A stretch of DNA of 64,000 bases from Eledone cirrhosa (GCA_964016885.1 OZ024740.1:169756001-169820000), one strand, 5' to 3'; counted from the stretch's first letter, positions 1 through 13,975 are shown. Numbers and translations: made by a program. The notes: generated by a model from the sequence alone, not told the origin.

Positions 1-294
1 AATGGTAAAATCTGTAGAGCACCGGAGAAAATGAGTTGCAGTATTGAATTAAACCCCTTTTCGATTATTATGCAAGTGATTTCATCGAATACAAACTTCA
101 TCTCAATATATTGTCGGTGTTGTGCAAAGTTATAAATTATTAACTAATTAATTCTAAAACTAAAAAGCCAAAATTACTTATTGGATCATGAAGCCGAAAA
201 CTCAATTTTTCTATGTAATAAATAGGTCTGGCTATACTAATTGTATGCTACATCAATAGTACGCTACATCAATATATAGTGTTTTTACATATAG

Positions 295-445
295 CAGTGT
301 GGTGATGAAGCTCACTTCTCAATAAAGTGGTTCTACTTTCGGGCCTACAGCGCATGATTTTCAGCATAGTTTGTTTTTACCATAGCCTCGGATCAAGCGA
401 ATCACTTTTTAGTAAATCTTTGGATAAATCTGAACCCGTTGTCTG
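295..445 (+). mobile_element. Old degenerate tRNA/CORE-type SINE (similar remnants at about 18740-18885, 19560-19860 and 52340-52460)
   Basis: Residual GTGGT..GAAGCT..CTTC and TAC.ATAGCCTCGG motifs. Confidence 0.4.
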
Positions 446-779
446 GCAATATATATAATTCGAAGCAAGTTTAATCCTGGGACTTGGACAACGAGGGCTG
501 TTATTGAGATCCACTCTATTACAAATATTCCATTAGAGCTGGGTATTTTTAGGATATCGAATTTTCCTTGCCCCCTTAGGCTTGGAGTTTAAAAAGAAAA
601 AAAATCGAGTATAAATTTATCATCTTTCACATGACTAATTCATAAAAAGAATGTCGTTTTCAACTTTCATATAGAAATGGATTTTGTTTACGACTGTGAG
701 TAGATGAAGGGATTAAAAAATGTCATCGTCTTTTTTTATATCCTTTTCCGAAATCTATATATCTATCTATATTTCTCCC

Positions 780-845
<66 letters not shown>

Positions 846-849
846 CACA

Positions 850-1570
850 CACATATATATGCATTTTTTAAGGCTATGTTTATGGGGGTCGACTATTACA
901 TAGATACTTCTTTTGAGGGGCTTGACATTCAAGCTGGAATCCATTCCAAAGTACCGTATCAGCAGCAGAAGCCCAACTGATCACTAAACGAATAAAAACA
1001 AAAACAATTAATTACAGTAATATTACTGATTCTCTACATCAAATCACACGTCCTAAAACATAACAACATCCATAAACAAGGTTGTAAACAGTCGATGAGA
1101 TAGGCGATAACACGTGTTTATTGTGTTTTGAAATAAGGAAAATGCAAACGTTGCATGCTTGCAGCATATATTGTGCATACATTTTAGTAATAGTGATGTA
1201 GCACCCATCAACAGCTGTGTAGTGCTCGCTAGTATGAGGTGTTTTACTATAAGCAACGAACATACCGGTATAAGCACCAAGCATTCCAGCTATAAGCCAG
1301 GCTACACTAAGGTAGGTACACGTTTAGCTAAAATGTTAGTTTCACACGTACATATACAATAATATAAATCTGCCTTAAATTCATGACGATTTTGTAACAG
1401 TATTATTTCGACGGACATAATAATACCTTGATCCACAAATGTTCACCTGTTATCCGTGAAGTATTAGGGTCGACGTCTATATGAAGTCTATGGATAATTC
1501 CATATATTTTGGACAAAAGGAGGGGTTGACTTTTACATGAGAACGACTATTACTCGTGTATAAACTGTAT
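850..1570. mobile_element. Old Tc2/mariner-like non-autonomous DNA transposon remnant
   Basis: The right end GGGGTTGACTTTTACATGAGAACGACTATTACTCGTGTATAAACTGTA and repeated GGGTCGAC motifs resemble Tc2-type subterminal repeats. The left boundary is uncertain. Confidence 0.4.
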
Positions 1571-2523
1571 ATACGTACGTAAACACACATGCGCGCACAC
1601 GTGCACTCATACGCCCCCCCCCACCCCACACACACAAACACACATAAATATAGTATGAATCATACACTAAACTTTTATCAGGCCACCCCAGGTTACAAAG
1701 CAAATGTGTGGAAGAGTGTAAGAGTAAGTCTCAGAATGCATATGCAAGGTGATGGCCTGTATCCTTTGGTCGGGTGACGAATAGGCCTCGTTTTAAGATA
1801 AGTTTCATGTATTTTATTTGAAAAGATTAAGCAACTGGACAATTAAATACAATTCATCCAAATTTATTCTGTACTTTAGGGATATATAGGACTGCAAAAT
1901 CCATTTTATGATGGTGTATTAATATTTAACATAGATTTAACTGCTATTTCTAGCAAGTAAAATAATCCTCTACAGGCTTACTACTATATATTATTGTCTG
2001 TTAGTATGCGGATTGATTTTAAATTGCCTCATTTGTAGCCGCATAATAGAATATTTTGTGAGAAGAGACTATATTAATATGGGAAATGGCTGACACGGAG
2101 GCTAAATTTCTTCAAGACAGCTCAATAAAAAACAGAAAATTTCTCTAACATATGCTAATATAAAGATGACTTCTATTATGGAAGAAATTTAATCATGCAG
2201 ACACATTTTTATACAATTGAATGTATCATGGGCGGGGAGATATCTCATTACAGATACGGGACGTTTTGGGAAGATGCAAGGATAGTTTTTAATTGCCTAT
2301 TCTACAGGTTTTCAACTGAAGTCCTCGTTTAACCAGCTACCCGTTAACTACGTCTTTTATTTGTTTATACAGATATATAAAATGAAAAAAACAACTATCA
2401 AGTCAGTCACACACACACATGTACACCAGGTCCGAACACAGAGGAACCATTAATTATACACTGGTCTCTCTCTCTTGTCTTCCTCTCTCCCTCTCCTTTT
2501 CTGTATATATATATATGTATATA

Positions 2524-2557
<34 letters not shown>

Positions 2558-3020
2558 CGGGTCAGTACTATACGAACATGCCAGACAACAACATGACGGT
2601 AACATAGACAACATAGAAATTAGAATAATATCTAAACATAGAAATGACCCAGCAGATAGGCAAATCAGAGAGGCCAGTGAAATAGAACTTAGAAGACCAA
2701 GACTAAACAGAAAGAATGAATGGAATAACAACAACACCCAAACAAACAACACTGACCTAAGAGAAGTATAAATAAGTAAATAAAATAAAATAAAATAAAT
2801 AAATAAATACACACACAAGCACAATAACAACAAACACATAGACACACATTAGTCACCCAATCACGAACACACATCACACATCAAACAAAACACTATACAC
2901 ACACGCAAACGCATGCGCAAAGAAGACAAAATAAAATAAACAAACAAGCAAATAAATAAATAAATATATAGACAGACTGAATAAAAATGGCGTTGCCATA
3001 CAATTCAACAGGAGGAAACA

Positions 3021-3074
3021 ATAGCACCACTGACGGTGTTGCAGATGTGCAACGAAAGATTTATGATAAACTAT
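3021..3074 (+). ncRNA. Type I hammerhead ribozyme, family A (A9 mutated)
   Basis: CA-CTGACGG-T-GTTGCA gatg TGCAAC-GAAA-G AT T-TA-TG, with distal ATAG/CTAT pairing; lies in the 5' pLTR. Confidence 0.7.
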
Positions 3075-6000
3075 ATATATGTGTTTGTGTCTATATTGTA
3101 TCTGTATTATTTTTGACCGTCGGTCAGTCAATGGCAACATTGAGGACCGACCGATATAAAAGACACAGAAGCGAAAAGCGAAAACTAACCAAACAGTGAG
3201 TGTGTTCTGTTATTAATTCTGGCAATATTACACAAATATGACCCTCCCCAAGTATAACAATATTTGTTTCGACACACGATTTCATCTAAAAAACCACGCC
3301 AAACTAATTCATCGCCGTTATGGCATTAGCTTGTGCCAAGCTGAAAGGTTATTGAAAGACACTGTTTTCTGTTATATAAAAACTACAATAACAACAGAAC
3401 AAATCCGCTTCTTAAAACACTGTGTGTCCTCCAAAATATACACAACAAACATATCAAAACAAGTAAATAATTTATTATTGAACAAAACACAAGCTGAACG
3501 ACTAAAACACACAATAACAGTTAATATGAAAAGAACAACATACACAAAAGTCAACGAACTTTACAGACAGAAACGCATTAACGGTAAGGAAGTCCGAAAT
3601 CTCACCACGCCAAACGAGAGGGATAACTTCATGACCGTCATCCGACGTGAAACGAAATACGCCCGAAACGAATGCAATAGGCACTTCAATAAGAAATTAG
3701 AATGGATGAATAAGAAAAAAACTACTAGAAAGGAAAATAGAATATTCTCAAAAATACCCAGATAACATCAACAATATCCGCATGACTGATGTAAAACTAC
3801 CGGAAGAATTTACCAATGACCACACAGTAAATATTTATGGGAACACTTTAATCAGTGAACAAGAACAATAAATCCTGCAGCTACCACCAAAATTTGCCAT
3901 CTACAAAAAGATTAACCCTATGGAGTGCAAAACGAAGCTGGAAAAGTGTTTCACAAAAATACGTTGTAATGCAAAGGTAAACAACAACAACAATAATAAC
4001 GGTAGTAGTAATATAAACAATAACTCTGAGTATAGAAATAACAGCCATAACAATAACAATAGCAGGAAAGTGAGAAATAGTAATAATGGTAATAATACTA
4101 ACGATAGACAGAACAGCAACAGCCACAATAATAATAATAATAGAAACATTAACCACAGACACAGTAGCAGCGACCACAGTAGTAATAACGGTAACAATAC
4201 GAACAACAACAACAATAACCACAGTGGTAATAATGGAAATAATACATGTAGCAACATCAACAAAAACAAGAAACATAATAATAGTAACAACCACAATGGT
4301 AGAAATAATAGTAACAACAACAATAACGGTGAAGTAAACAACAATACATCTAGCAATCATAACAATAATAATAATGCTAATGATAAGAACAACAACAACC
4401 ACCATGATAACAATAATAGCAACACACACAACTATGACGATAGATATAATGACAACCCCTTAGAGAAACTATTTTTCAACCCAGCTGACAAAACATATAA
4501 GATGGGTAATATCTATCCTACGAGGTTACCCTTTAATAAAAGAGTTTGCATACCACAACAAATAGATGACGAGACAGAGGCACAGTTCACCATAGCTAGA
4601 AATAAGATTAGACAAATAGTAGACAGGTATACTGAGAGACAGAGCAGACCAGAGGCCCAACAACTTGGGAGGAAACCTGTAGAAGGCTTGGTTAGCCTCA
4701 ATCAGCGCACAAGGGATGGTGAGGTAGTATGTCTACCCACGGATAAGTCTGGTAGATGTCAATAGATAGCATGCCGAACTACATCAAGGCTATGCAACCC
4801 CACATCACCAACACGAGCGAAATTGCACAACAAACACACGATGAGAGAGAGAAAATCTTCAACGCTCACATGATGATGTGGACTGACATCCTAAAGCCAA
4901 GCAGACGCACTGCCAACAACTTCCAGGCGTCTAACAATGGCATACCACCCTTGTATGGGCTCCGCAAAGACCACAAGACAGTCGACGACCCGACAACAGG
5001 ACCACCAACAAGACCCGTATGCGGAGCTAATATAGTTAGTAACTACAGGATCTTCTACTTCATCTCAATGGTTATACGCCCCATAATCAAGATGTCCCCG
5101 GATGTATGTGACAGTACAGAGAACCTCCTCAGCAGAATCAGTGAGTGCAACAAAAACAGGAACCTATCCAACTGCATAATAGGCAGCATCGATGTGGTGT
5201 CACTGTACCCATCCATTAACATTGATTTTGCTGTGAAAAAATGTGTGGAGATGATCATTGAGAGTGAGATGGAGTTCTGCGACGTCGACACAGACGAACT
5301 GGGCCTCCTACTTAGACTTACCAATGACACTGACTACCTAGACAGCCATGACCTTAGACGTTTCTGCCCTAGTAGACCCATAAGAGGTAGATCCCCCCAC
5401 CATAACCTCAATGGCAAAAAAGACTCCCATAGGAAGGTGGATTGGGTGAACCAAAGCTATACGGACCCCCCAAAACAATGATCAGGTAAGAAAAATGGTC
5501 GCACATGCAATAGGGGCTAGTATCAAAACTACCCTCAAGGGCCACATATTTAAGTTCAACGAGAGGATCTACACCCAAAATGAAGGAGCAGCCATTGGCG
5601 TCAGCATAGCTGGTGATGTTGCCAACCTTTTCATGGTATGGTGGGAAAGGAGACTTAAAGATCTCCTTAATGAGAGCTCCATAGACCTCATAATGTACTC
5701 TCGTTATGTAGACGATATCAATATAGTTATAAGAACATCCCCACTAGAGAGCACTAACAAGTTTGATTTAGAACGTAGCACAATGGAAAGCATCCAGCAG
5801 ATAGCTAATTCCGTACACCAGAGTATAACAGTAACTATCGACTTCCCTTCCAAACACCCTAACAATAGACTACCTGTATTAGACATAGAACTCTGGATTA
5901 ACACTATAGATGAGAGAGCCCAAATTCTCCACTCACACTATGCTAAACCCATGGCCTCCAAATACCTGATACTCAAAAACTCAGCAATGTCCAGTAGTGC

Positions 6001-7078
6001 TAAGTTTAATATTCTGATCGCAGATTTGGTACGAGTGATGAAGAATGTGTCCCGCATGTGCGACCCAACAGAAATGGAAAGACACATCCAACACTTCATC
6101 AACCGCATGCAGTTCTCTGGCTACAACCAAAGAGACAGAGTCAGAGTATACGAAGGAGCCATGGAGAAGTATAAGACCATCATAGAACTGGACATGAAAG
6201 GAATTTGCCCATTATACAGGAGCGAATCATGGAATAGCTTAGATAGGGCTAGACATAAGATAGGGAAAGCCACCTGATGGTACGACAACCAGAGATACCA
6301 GAGTGTCATGTTTTTGGACGCTACCCCTGGAGGGAAATTAGCTAAGCAGTGTAGAAAGGCCCTGAGAAAGACCCACTTAAAAATTAAGGTGGTAGAAAAG
6401 CCAGGAACCACCATAAAATCCCTGATCAGCAAAACCTACCCTTTTAAGAAAACCCACTGTACCAATAGGAAAAGTATCATATGTAAGGTAAAGCCCCGGA
6501 TAAACTGTAAAACTAGAAACGTAGTCTATAGCATAAGATGTACAGAGGTTACCTGCAGAAACATACAACAACATACATAGGTGAGCCAGCTCGTAGCATA
6601 GGTGAAAGGATAGACCAACACTGGGGGGAACTAAAAGGACGAAAAAATGGGGCAGTACTATAAGAACATGCCAGACAACAACATGACGGTAACATAGACA
6701 ACATAGAAATTAGAACAATATCTAAACATAGAAATGACCCAGCAGATAGGCAAATCAGAGAGGTCAGTGAAATAGAACTTAGAAGACCAAGACTAAACAG
6801 AAAGAATAAATGGAATAACAACAACACCCAAACAAACAACACTAACCTAAGAGAAGTATAAATAAGTAAATAAAATAAAATAAAATAAATAAATAAATAA
6901 ATAAATAAATAAATACACACACAAGCACAATAACAACAAACACATAAACACACATTAGTCACCCAAACGCATGCGCAAAGAAGACAAAATAAAATAAATA
7001 AACAAGCAAATAAATAAATAAATATATAGACAGACTGAATAAAAATGGCGTAGCCATACAATTCAACAGGAGGAAACA

Positions 7079-7132
7079 ATAGCACCAGTGACGATGTTGC
7101 AGATGTGCAACGAAAGATTTATGATTTACTAT
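7079..7132 (+). ncRNA. Type I hammerhead ribozyme, family A (C3 mutated)
   Basis: CA-GTGACGA-T-GTTGCA gatg TGCAAC-GAAA-GATT-TA-TG; lies in the 3' pLTR. Confidence 0.7.
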
Positions 7133-7326
7133 ATATATGTGTTTGTGTCTATATTGTATCTGTATTATTTTTGACCGTTGGTCAGTTAATGGCAACATTG
7201 AGAACCGAGTATATTAGATTACCGATATAAAAGACACAGAAGCGAAAAGCGAAAACCAACCAAACAGTGAGTGTGTTCTGTTATTAATTCTGGCAATATT
7301 ACACAAATATGACCCTCCCCAAGTAT

Positions 7327-7437
<111 letters not shown>

Positions 7438-7440
7438 GTA

Positions 7441-7875
7441 CATTATGAAGAGAGAAGAAACATTAGATATAATTAGTAATAAGATATATCATACCTAAAC
7501 TGCCTCTAAATTCCTCGACTACGTAGTTTCGTGGCATAAGCAAAAACCTTACATCATAGAGATATAGAATTTTTGTGAGGTCTGCCGACTTATCAAGAGG
7601 ATACCTCATTAAGGGTTTTAAAACACGTCTGTAAGATGTGAGATAGAATCCCGAAATGCGGAGGGGGAGTCAATCACGTGATACAGCGGTCAAGAAAACA
7701 GAGCTAAGCCTCTTATAACCCTGAAAAAAATACCACGGCGACGGAGGGGGTATTTATATCGAGACCGTTATTCATAGAACAACATCGGTTAAGGTTGGCA
7801 CCATTAACTCAAGGACGGATGTGGATATATTCATGTATATGTATGTGTCCGCATGTATCTGTGTGTTTCTCTATA
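7441..7875 (-). mobile_element. PLE-type terminal repeat (family C) carrying a hammerhead, between (TA)n tracts
   Basis: Homologous to 25745-26398; non-coding; contains the hammerhead at 7512-7601. Confidence 0.7.
7512..7601 (-). ncRNA. Type I hammerhead ribozyme, family C, U3-A8 core variant with long stem II
   Basis: Minus strand reads TCCTC-TTGATAA-GT(C)GGCA...TGCCAC-GAAA-CTACGTAG-TC-GAGGA. Stem III is palindromic and the cleavage triplet is GUC. Confidence 0.8.
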
Positions 7876-7878
7876 TAT

Positions 7879-8012
<134 letters not shown>

Positions 8013-8048
8013 GCACAATGAATTGTTATTCCCATTACATTTGAAGTG

Positions 8049-8082
<34 letters not shown>

Positions 8083-8160
8083 TGTATGTATGTATGTATG
8101 TATGTATGTATGTATGTATGTATGTATGTATATATCTATATATCTATATGTATATATATG

Positions 8161-8768
8161 TCAGGTCACCAGTTGGTGCTACTGGTAACATGTATCCCAG
8201 TATAACCTGTCTCATGGTCGGGTCATTGGCTACTAAACTGGCAACCCCACCAAGGTTTCTTGGTGAGGAGGGTGACTTTGGACATCCTGCAGGACTAAAA
8301 ACAAAACCTTTCAAAGGGCAAAGGAGCTCTTAAGAGTCAATGGCCATCCAAAATCACCGGGAGAGATGACCCCTTAGCCTTTGTCAAGGCAGAATTCTAG
8401 GAGAAGGAAAACTCTGATATAACACCTGCAACCCTGATGGTATCCAATGATGTTGACTTGTTCTTCTTTTTGGTAAATATCATCTTGGTTAAGAGAGTGG
8501 GACTGGCTTTGTGCAGTGCCTTTGCTCACTATAAAAGCTTCACGGCACAGGCATTGCTTTATATCTGGAGATCTCTCTGCACTTGTCGTCACATGGTACC
8601 ATGAGCCCAGCAATATGTGTCAATAATTGTCACAAGTGCAGTGTTTGTACCAGAGTTTTCAAGTCGCTGGCGGGACTAAAATGTCACACTCGTTCAGCGC
8701 ATCAGTAGGGGTTCTCCTACATGGATATGAAGTAGTGGCCGTACTCGAAAACGAGTTGGCATCCACCA
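8161..8768 (+). mobile_element. Bipartite non-autonomous RTE-derived element (Ceph-domain-like)
   Basis: The 3' part encodes a C2H2 remnant ([25 protein letters not shown]) typical of RTE ORF ends, followed by a CTCG-AAAA-CGAG hairpin and (TA)n. A second copy lies at 46195-46525. Confidence 0.65.
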
Positions 8769-8790
8769 TGCATATATATATGTATATATG

Positions 8791-8912
<122 letters not shown>

Positions 8913-9188
8913 CAGTTCAAGAGTAACCAATCTTAAAGAGAGAGATGGAGATAGTAGAGGAGATATGAGAGGAGAGATTGGTGAGTTAGTTAGAAATCAA
9001 AACGTAAAGGCATGTGCTCAACGTGCAATATGCAGTAGAAAGCAGCTAGGTGGCTGGGCTCATGCAGAAGTTAGGTGCGCAGAGCTGGAAATATTCATTA
9101 GTTAAGCAAAACAAGACAACAAACTTCACAAGGAAGACATTATTAAAAGATTGTCAACATATTTTAGTTTGATGTAAGGAATGTAGAG

Positions 9189-12085
9189 AATAATAATAAT
9201 AATATTAATAATAATAATGTCCGTTTACAATTGTTTCGCTACTCCATATAATATTTCTGGATCAGATGACTATATATCATAATTGATCTGGTTCAGTTGA
9301 AAATAATTAACATATTTAAAAAAAACAGAATGGCTCATCGGAACTCAAAGGAATATAAATTAAAATAATGTTACATAATATAATGTTCCATATATTGGTT
9401 TTTACTATGGTGTCTTGGTTGCATCAGCTGTCAGCCATAATCAAGCAGTATTCATCTGTCGAGGCTGCATTGTGTGAGATCTGCCTATGGGTAACAAGAT
9501 GGCTGCCAAAGGGCATATTTACCTTACTAATTAGAGGGTGGTTTCAGGGGAAGTAACTTCTCGAGAGATTAGAGATTGTGAGTATTTATAGTTAAGTGGT
9601 AGTATTTAAATTTTTTAATTGAGAGACAATGTAGGGGGGTAACTTATAATTATCGAGTTGTTCATAGCAATTTAACTTATTAGCTACAAGTAGAAATGGG
9701 GCTACATGACTAAGTTGGGTCAAAAACTCTATTGGAGAAGGAATTAGCCCTTCGATGTTGACAGCTAATAGTTACCTCCGTTCTATCGTTAATCGGTAGA
9801 GGTCGTGATAGAGTTATGTAATATGCTTCCGTAACACAGAGATCACAAGATTTTGTTCGTCCATTGAACGGTTGGGCCCTAGCTACGATATCCCATTTTA
9901 GTGAGTGTTGAACGTTGTTTAATTTAAGGTTTTTAATGAGCGTAGCTAGCGATGTCGAACATCTGTTGCTAGGGTCTCGGAAGGAAAAAGAGTGCGCGTT
10001 ATAGCGTACATTAAAAGGGTTAGAGGTAGACCCGATATAAGAGCTGGTATTCGAAGCAGTCTCAACCGTGCACCTATAGACTATGTTGGGTGTCAGGCAG
10101 TGTCCATTTAATGGGCATGCATTGGGGTAACGGCAGTTGCAATTGCTTCTGCGGTTAGTGAGAGTAGGGTTGTTTTACCTAAGCGGTTGGTCCGAGCTAG
10201 AAGGATTAGATGGGGGAGGTGTGCTACTAGAGTTATTATTGGTGTAGTGGCGTGGTGTATTTGATAGGGGTGGTGGTTCCGCGGTGTGGGAGTTATACTG
10301 TCTTAGCTTATGATGGTTACTGAACGCGATGTGGCTAGCTATGTTAGGTGTTGTGGAGAATGAGATTTTAATGTTATTTTTATTAAAGAGTTTGTAATAT
10401 CTATGGTTAGGGGGAAAGTGTTTGGATAGGATAGAGAAGAAGCGTTTGGGGATATTAGTGGCTAGATTAGATGAGAATGGTGGGTTGAGCCGGGTGATAT
10501 TTCTAGGTCTATTCCTTCTAGGGGTTCTAGTGGAGTTGGTAGGGGCCTTCCTAGGGTTATTATTACCTGGGGATTTGTTATTTGTCATCCCATTTCTCAT
10601 TCCTATACTTGGGTTGATTCTTAGTTTGCTACTTGGAGTGGGGAACAGGCCGCTGCCACCATTAAAGTTTCCTGTATAGGTGCTGTTACTGCTAAAATTC
10701 CGGCGAATCTGGCTATATGCTAAGGTATTTCTAGTTCTAGTGTTAGTTTATTATGGTGAGTTGCTGTGTTATGGCATTTTGGTATGTAATAAATTGATTG
10801 TTTATAACCAGATTCAGAGAGAGCCTTATTATAATATTTGTTTCTACTTTAGGCACAAGGCCAGCAATTACCCAGTTCATTACTGGTACTTTATTTTATC
10901 GACCCCGTAAGGATGAAAGGCAAAGTCAACCTCGGCGGGATTTGAACTCAGATCGTAAAGGGACGTAACTATGCTGGAAAGCATGGCGTCCGACCCTCTA
11001 CCGATACTGCCAATCCACCGTCTATTTATAATATTGTGCGTGGTTTATAAATATCTCTTCATTTGATTTGCTGATAGCATTGAGATCCTATAGGAGATAG
11101 ATTTATTACTGCTCTGATGACTGCCGGTGGGTGGTTAGAGTGTGGGCTAATATATGTGAGTATTTCGCCTGGTTTATGGTAAGGGTTATAAAGGTTATTG
11201 TTGAGATCAAGGGTGACGTCTAGGAAGTTTACTACTTTATGGTTCAGCTCGATGGTGATAGAGAGACCGTTATTTTTGAAGAATCTATGAAATTGTTTCT
11301 TTAGAAAATTTATTCCCCGGTTAGTGCAATTGTGGACCGCAAATAGGGCGTCGTCCCTGTATATTCCGCCTTGCATGGGTTGGATTTCGGCTCTGATGTT
11401 ACGTAATAGGTAAATCCCAACTAAATCGGCGATTTGCGCGGAGTCACTTGAGCCCATCGTAATGTCAAAGTTGTCTGTTCTATCTTTTCTAGTCCAGAGT
11501 GGTCCGTTGAATTCAATGATAGTCTGCCTAGCCATGAGTATGATGTTAATCTCATTATTGGTTATGTCCGAATTGGTGGTGGCTAGGGCTAGTGCTTTGT
11601 TGAGCAGTTCCGGGGTTATTGACGCGTAATAGCTGTCTATATCAAATTGGATGAACCTCATAGATTGCTTGGACCTTAGATCGGAGAACCATCTGATGAC
11701 TTGGCCGGTGTTGGACCACAACTTGTAGGTGGTATCATCCCGTAGCCCAGGGATTATCCTATCGAGGATGTTCTTACTGATGCGGCCCAGGTCAGATGTG
11801 GTTGGGCTTATGAGTCTAATGGATGGGTTCTCTATAAAGTTTGGCTTGTGATCCTTGAGAGAGAACCTTGGGGTTGTTGGTACATAAGGGTGGGTAAATC
11901 TATCCAAATGCAAGTCCTTAACCAAAGTCTGGGCTTTTCGGTTAAGTACGTTTACACTGGAGGGTGTAGTTTTTTTATCTGAACCAGTTCAATTATGATA
12001 TATAGTCATCTGATCCAGAATATTATATGGAGTAGCGAAACAATTGTAAACGGACATTATTATTATTAATATTATTATTATTATT
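9189..12085 (-). mobile_element. Naiad-type Penelope-like element, 5'-truncated, with an inverted terminal repeat; ORF broken
   Basis: RT at 11059-11925 (LKDHKPNF, FDIDSYYASI, FDITMGSSDSAQIADLVGIYLL, GIYRDD, NFLDVTLDL); linker RNITRLNPPFSSN...KHFP; endonuclease CNCRYPNACPLNGHCL.NIVYRC...YIGST...RYNAH...CDLC..E...CQH, stop near 9710. Positions 9189-9296 are the reverse complement of 11979-12085. Confidence 0.88.
10839..11025 (-). mobile_element. tRNA-derived SINE (Nin/Deu-domain-like) inserted into the Naiad ORF
   Basis: A box TGGCAGTATCGG, B box GAGTTCAAATCC, core CTTTGCCTTTCATCCTTACGGGGTCGATAAAATAAAGTACCAG. TSD TTATAATATT at 10829-10838 and 11026-11035. Confidence 0.9.
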
Positions 12086-12096
12086 TTATGTTTATT

Positions 12097-12107
12097 TGTG
12101 CGTGCGT

Positions 12108-12176
<69 letters not shown>

Positions 12177-12462
12177 TGTGTGTGTGTGTATAGGAAGATG
12201 ATTCTATTAGTAGAAATGGGGGTGGGAGTTGTGTGTGTGTGTATATGGGGGTTATGTGTGTGTGTGTGAAGGGGGGTATGTTAAGATGGAGAGAATATAC
12301 ATATTTTGTGTGTGTGTATGTGTGTAGGAAAGTGATTATATTAGTAGAAATGGGGGAGGGAGTTGTGTGTGTGTAGGGGGGGGGGGGTGTTATGTGTGTG
12401 TGTATAGGTGTTATTTGTGTGTGTGGGAGTATGGTTAGCATATTAAGATGATGAGAATATAT

Positions 12463-12547
<85 letters not shown>

Positions 12548-13192
12548 GTGTGGGTGTAGGAAAAAGATTCCGTTCGTAGAAATATTTTTGAATGAACATA
12601 TTTTCCTTATTTATTCGTATTTGTTCTGTTGTATTGTCAGCGCAAACGTATGTTAAGGTTTATTTAGTTCGGGTTTTTATTATCTAACGTAGAAGGTGTT
12701 ATGTGTGTGTGTATGTGTCTGTTTGGATGGTTAGCATGTAATGGTGTTTACATAATGTATATTAAACCATATTTAATGCTGCTCTATATATTTGAATAAA
12801 CATATTTTCCTTATTTATTCGTATTTGTTCTCTTGTATTGTCAGCGCAAAGGTAAAATGGGAAGACTTGGAATTTGGGTGTCTAATTACTTGCGCATATG
12901 TCTAGATGTGCGCTTAGTGGTATCTGTCTCGTGGTTGGATCTCGTAATTGTTGGCGATGAACTGTCATTCTCTATCTTAACATGCTAACCATACTCCCAC
13001 ACACACATATATACCCCCCACACACACACAACTCCCTCCCCCATTTCTACTAATATAATCACTTTCCCACACACATACACACACAAAATATATATATTCT
13101 CTCCATATTAACATACTCCCACACACACGCACACATAACACCCATATACCCACACAACCCCCTCCCCCATTTCTAGTAATGGAATCATCTTC

Positions 13193-13230
<38 letters not shown>
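12097..13230. repeat. Fold-back element with ~250-bp inverted arms, flanked by (GT)n and (AC)n
   Basis: Positions 12190-12460 are the diverged reverse complement of 12965-13195. The arms contain sub-repeats, and the spacer has a ~55-bp direct duplication (about 12595 and 12795). Confidence 0.75.
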
Positions 13231-13234
<4 letters not shown>

Positions 13235-13955
13235 CTCTACTTTCTTTATTTCAATAGAAAGTCTGAATTCTGACACCCCAGCGAACCAGCCATATTCACT
13301 AAACCAGAACAATTCTCCCATTCTATTTCTCTTGATCATTATATTTTGTTTGTCATAAAATTCTCTAAAAGGCTCCAAAATAAATTCCCAAATACGGGCG
13401 AGAAATTTAATGAACATGTTCACGTGACAGTCCTAATTTCATTTATAACCAATCAAATTACATTTATAAAAAAAGCCTTCGTGAGCCCCTTTTTTAAGTA
13501 AAAAGAAATTGAAACAAACTGGCGCGAAAGCTGATGTGCTTATTCCCGTGACTGCATCAACCAACCAAACTTTGCTCATATATGATAAAAACAACCTGAG
13601 CCCCCCCCCCCCTTGTTTGAAGAACTTTGTAACACGAACTGTCGCAAAATTTATTATATTTATTGACCAACCAATCAAATTATATCTCTAAAAACCTGGC
13701 GTTTTGAGCCACCTTTTTCCAAGTAACATTCAAAGACCAACCAGATGTGAGAAATACCAGACACCCTCCATCTCAACTCTACTTTTGAAAAGCAGAAGAA
13801 CTGCGGTATCGGTAAATGAACGAAATAAATATATATATATCTTTTTAGATATGACTCCAGTTGCATTTTCGATTCCATCTTTTTTTCTTTATACTTTCAC
13901 TCGTGTAGGACACGTCGGTTATTTTTCATTTTGTAAAAAATCCTCACTTTCTAAT
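13235..13955 (+). mobile_element. Unclassified repeat, probably a retroelement 3' region, ending in (TA)n
   Basis: Positions 13742-13955 are homologous to 46694-46912, and both end at CCTCACTTTCTAA-(TA)n. Confidence 0.55.
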
Positions 13956-13975
13956 ATATATATATATATATATAT

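Noticed and set aside
8914-9188. Possible solo LTR
   Set aside because: It is a single copy with no clear TG...CA ends or TSD.
9710-10180. Selenocysteine recoding, as reported for some Naiad elements
   Set aside because: Manual translation of the endonuclease shows TGC/TGT at the Cys positions and no in-frame TGA; the one internal stop is TAA.
13786-13846. Hammerhead-like CAGAAGA...GAAA segment (also near 46740)
   Set aside because: U4 is A in all three copies and stem II does not close next to GAAA.
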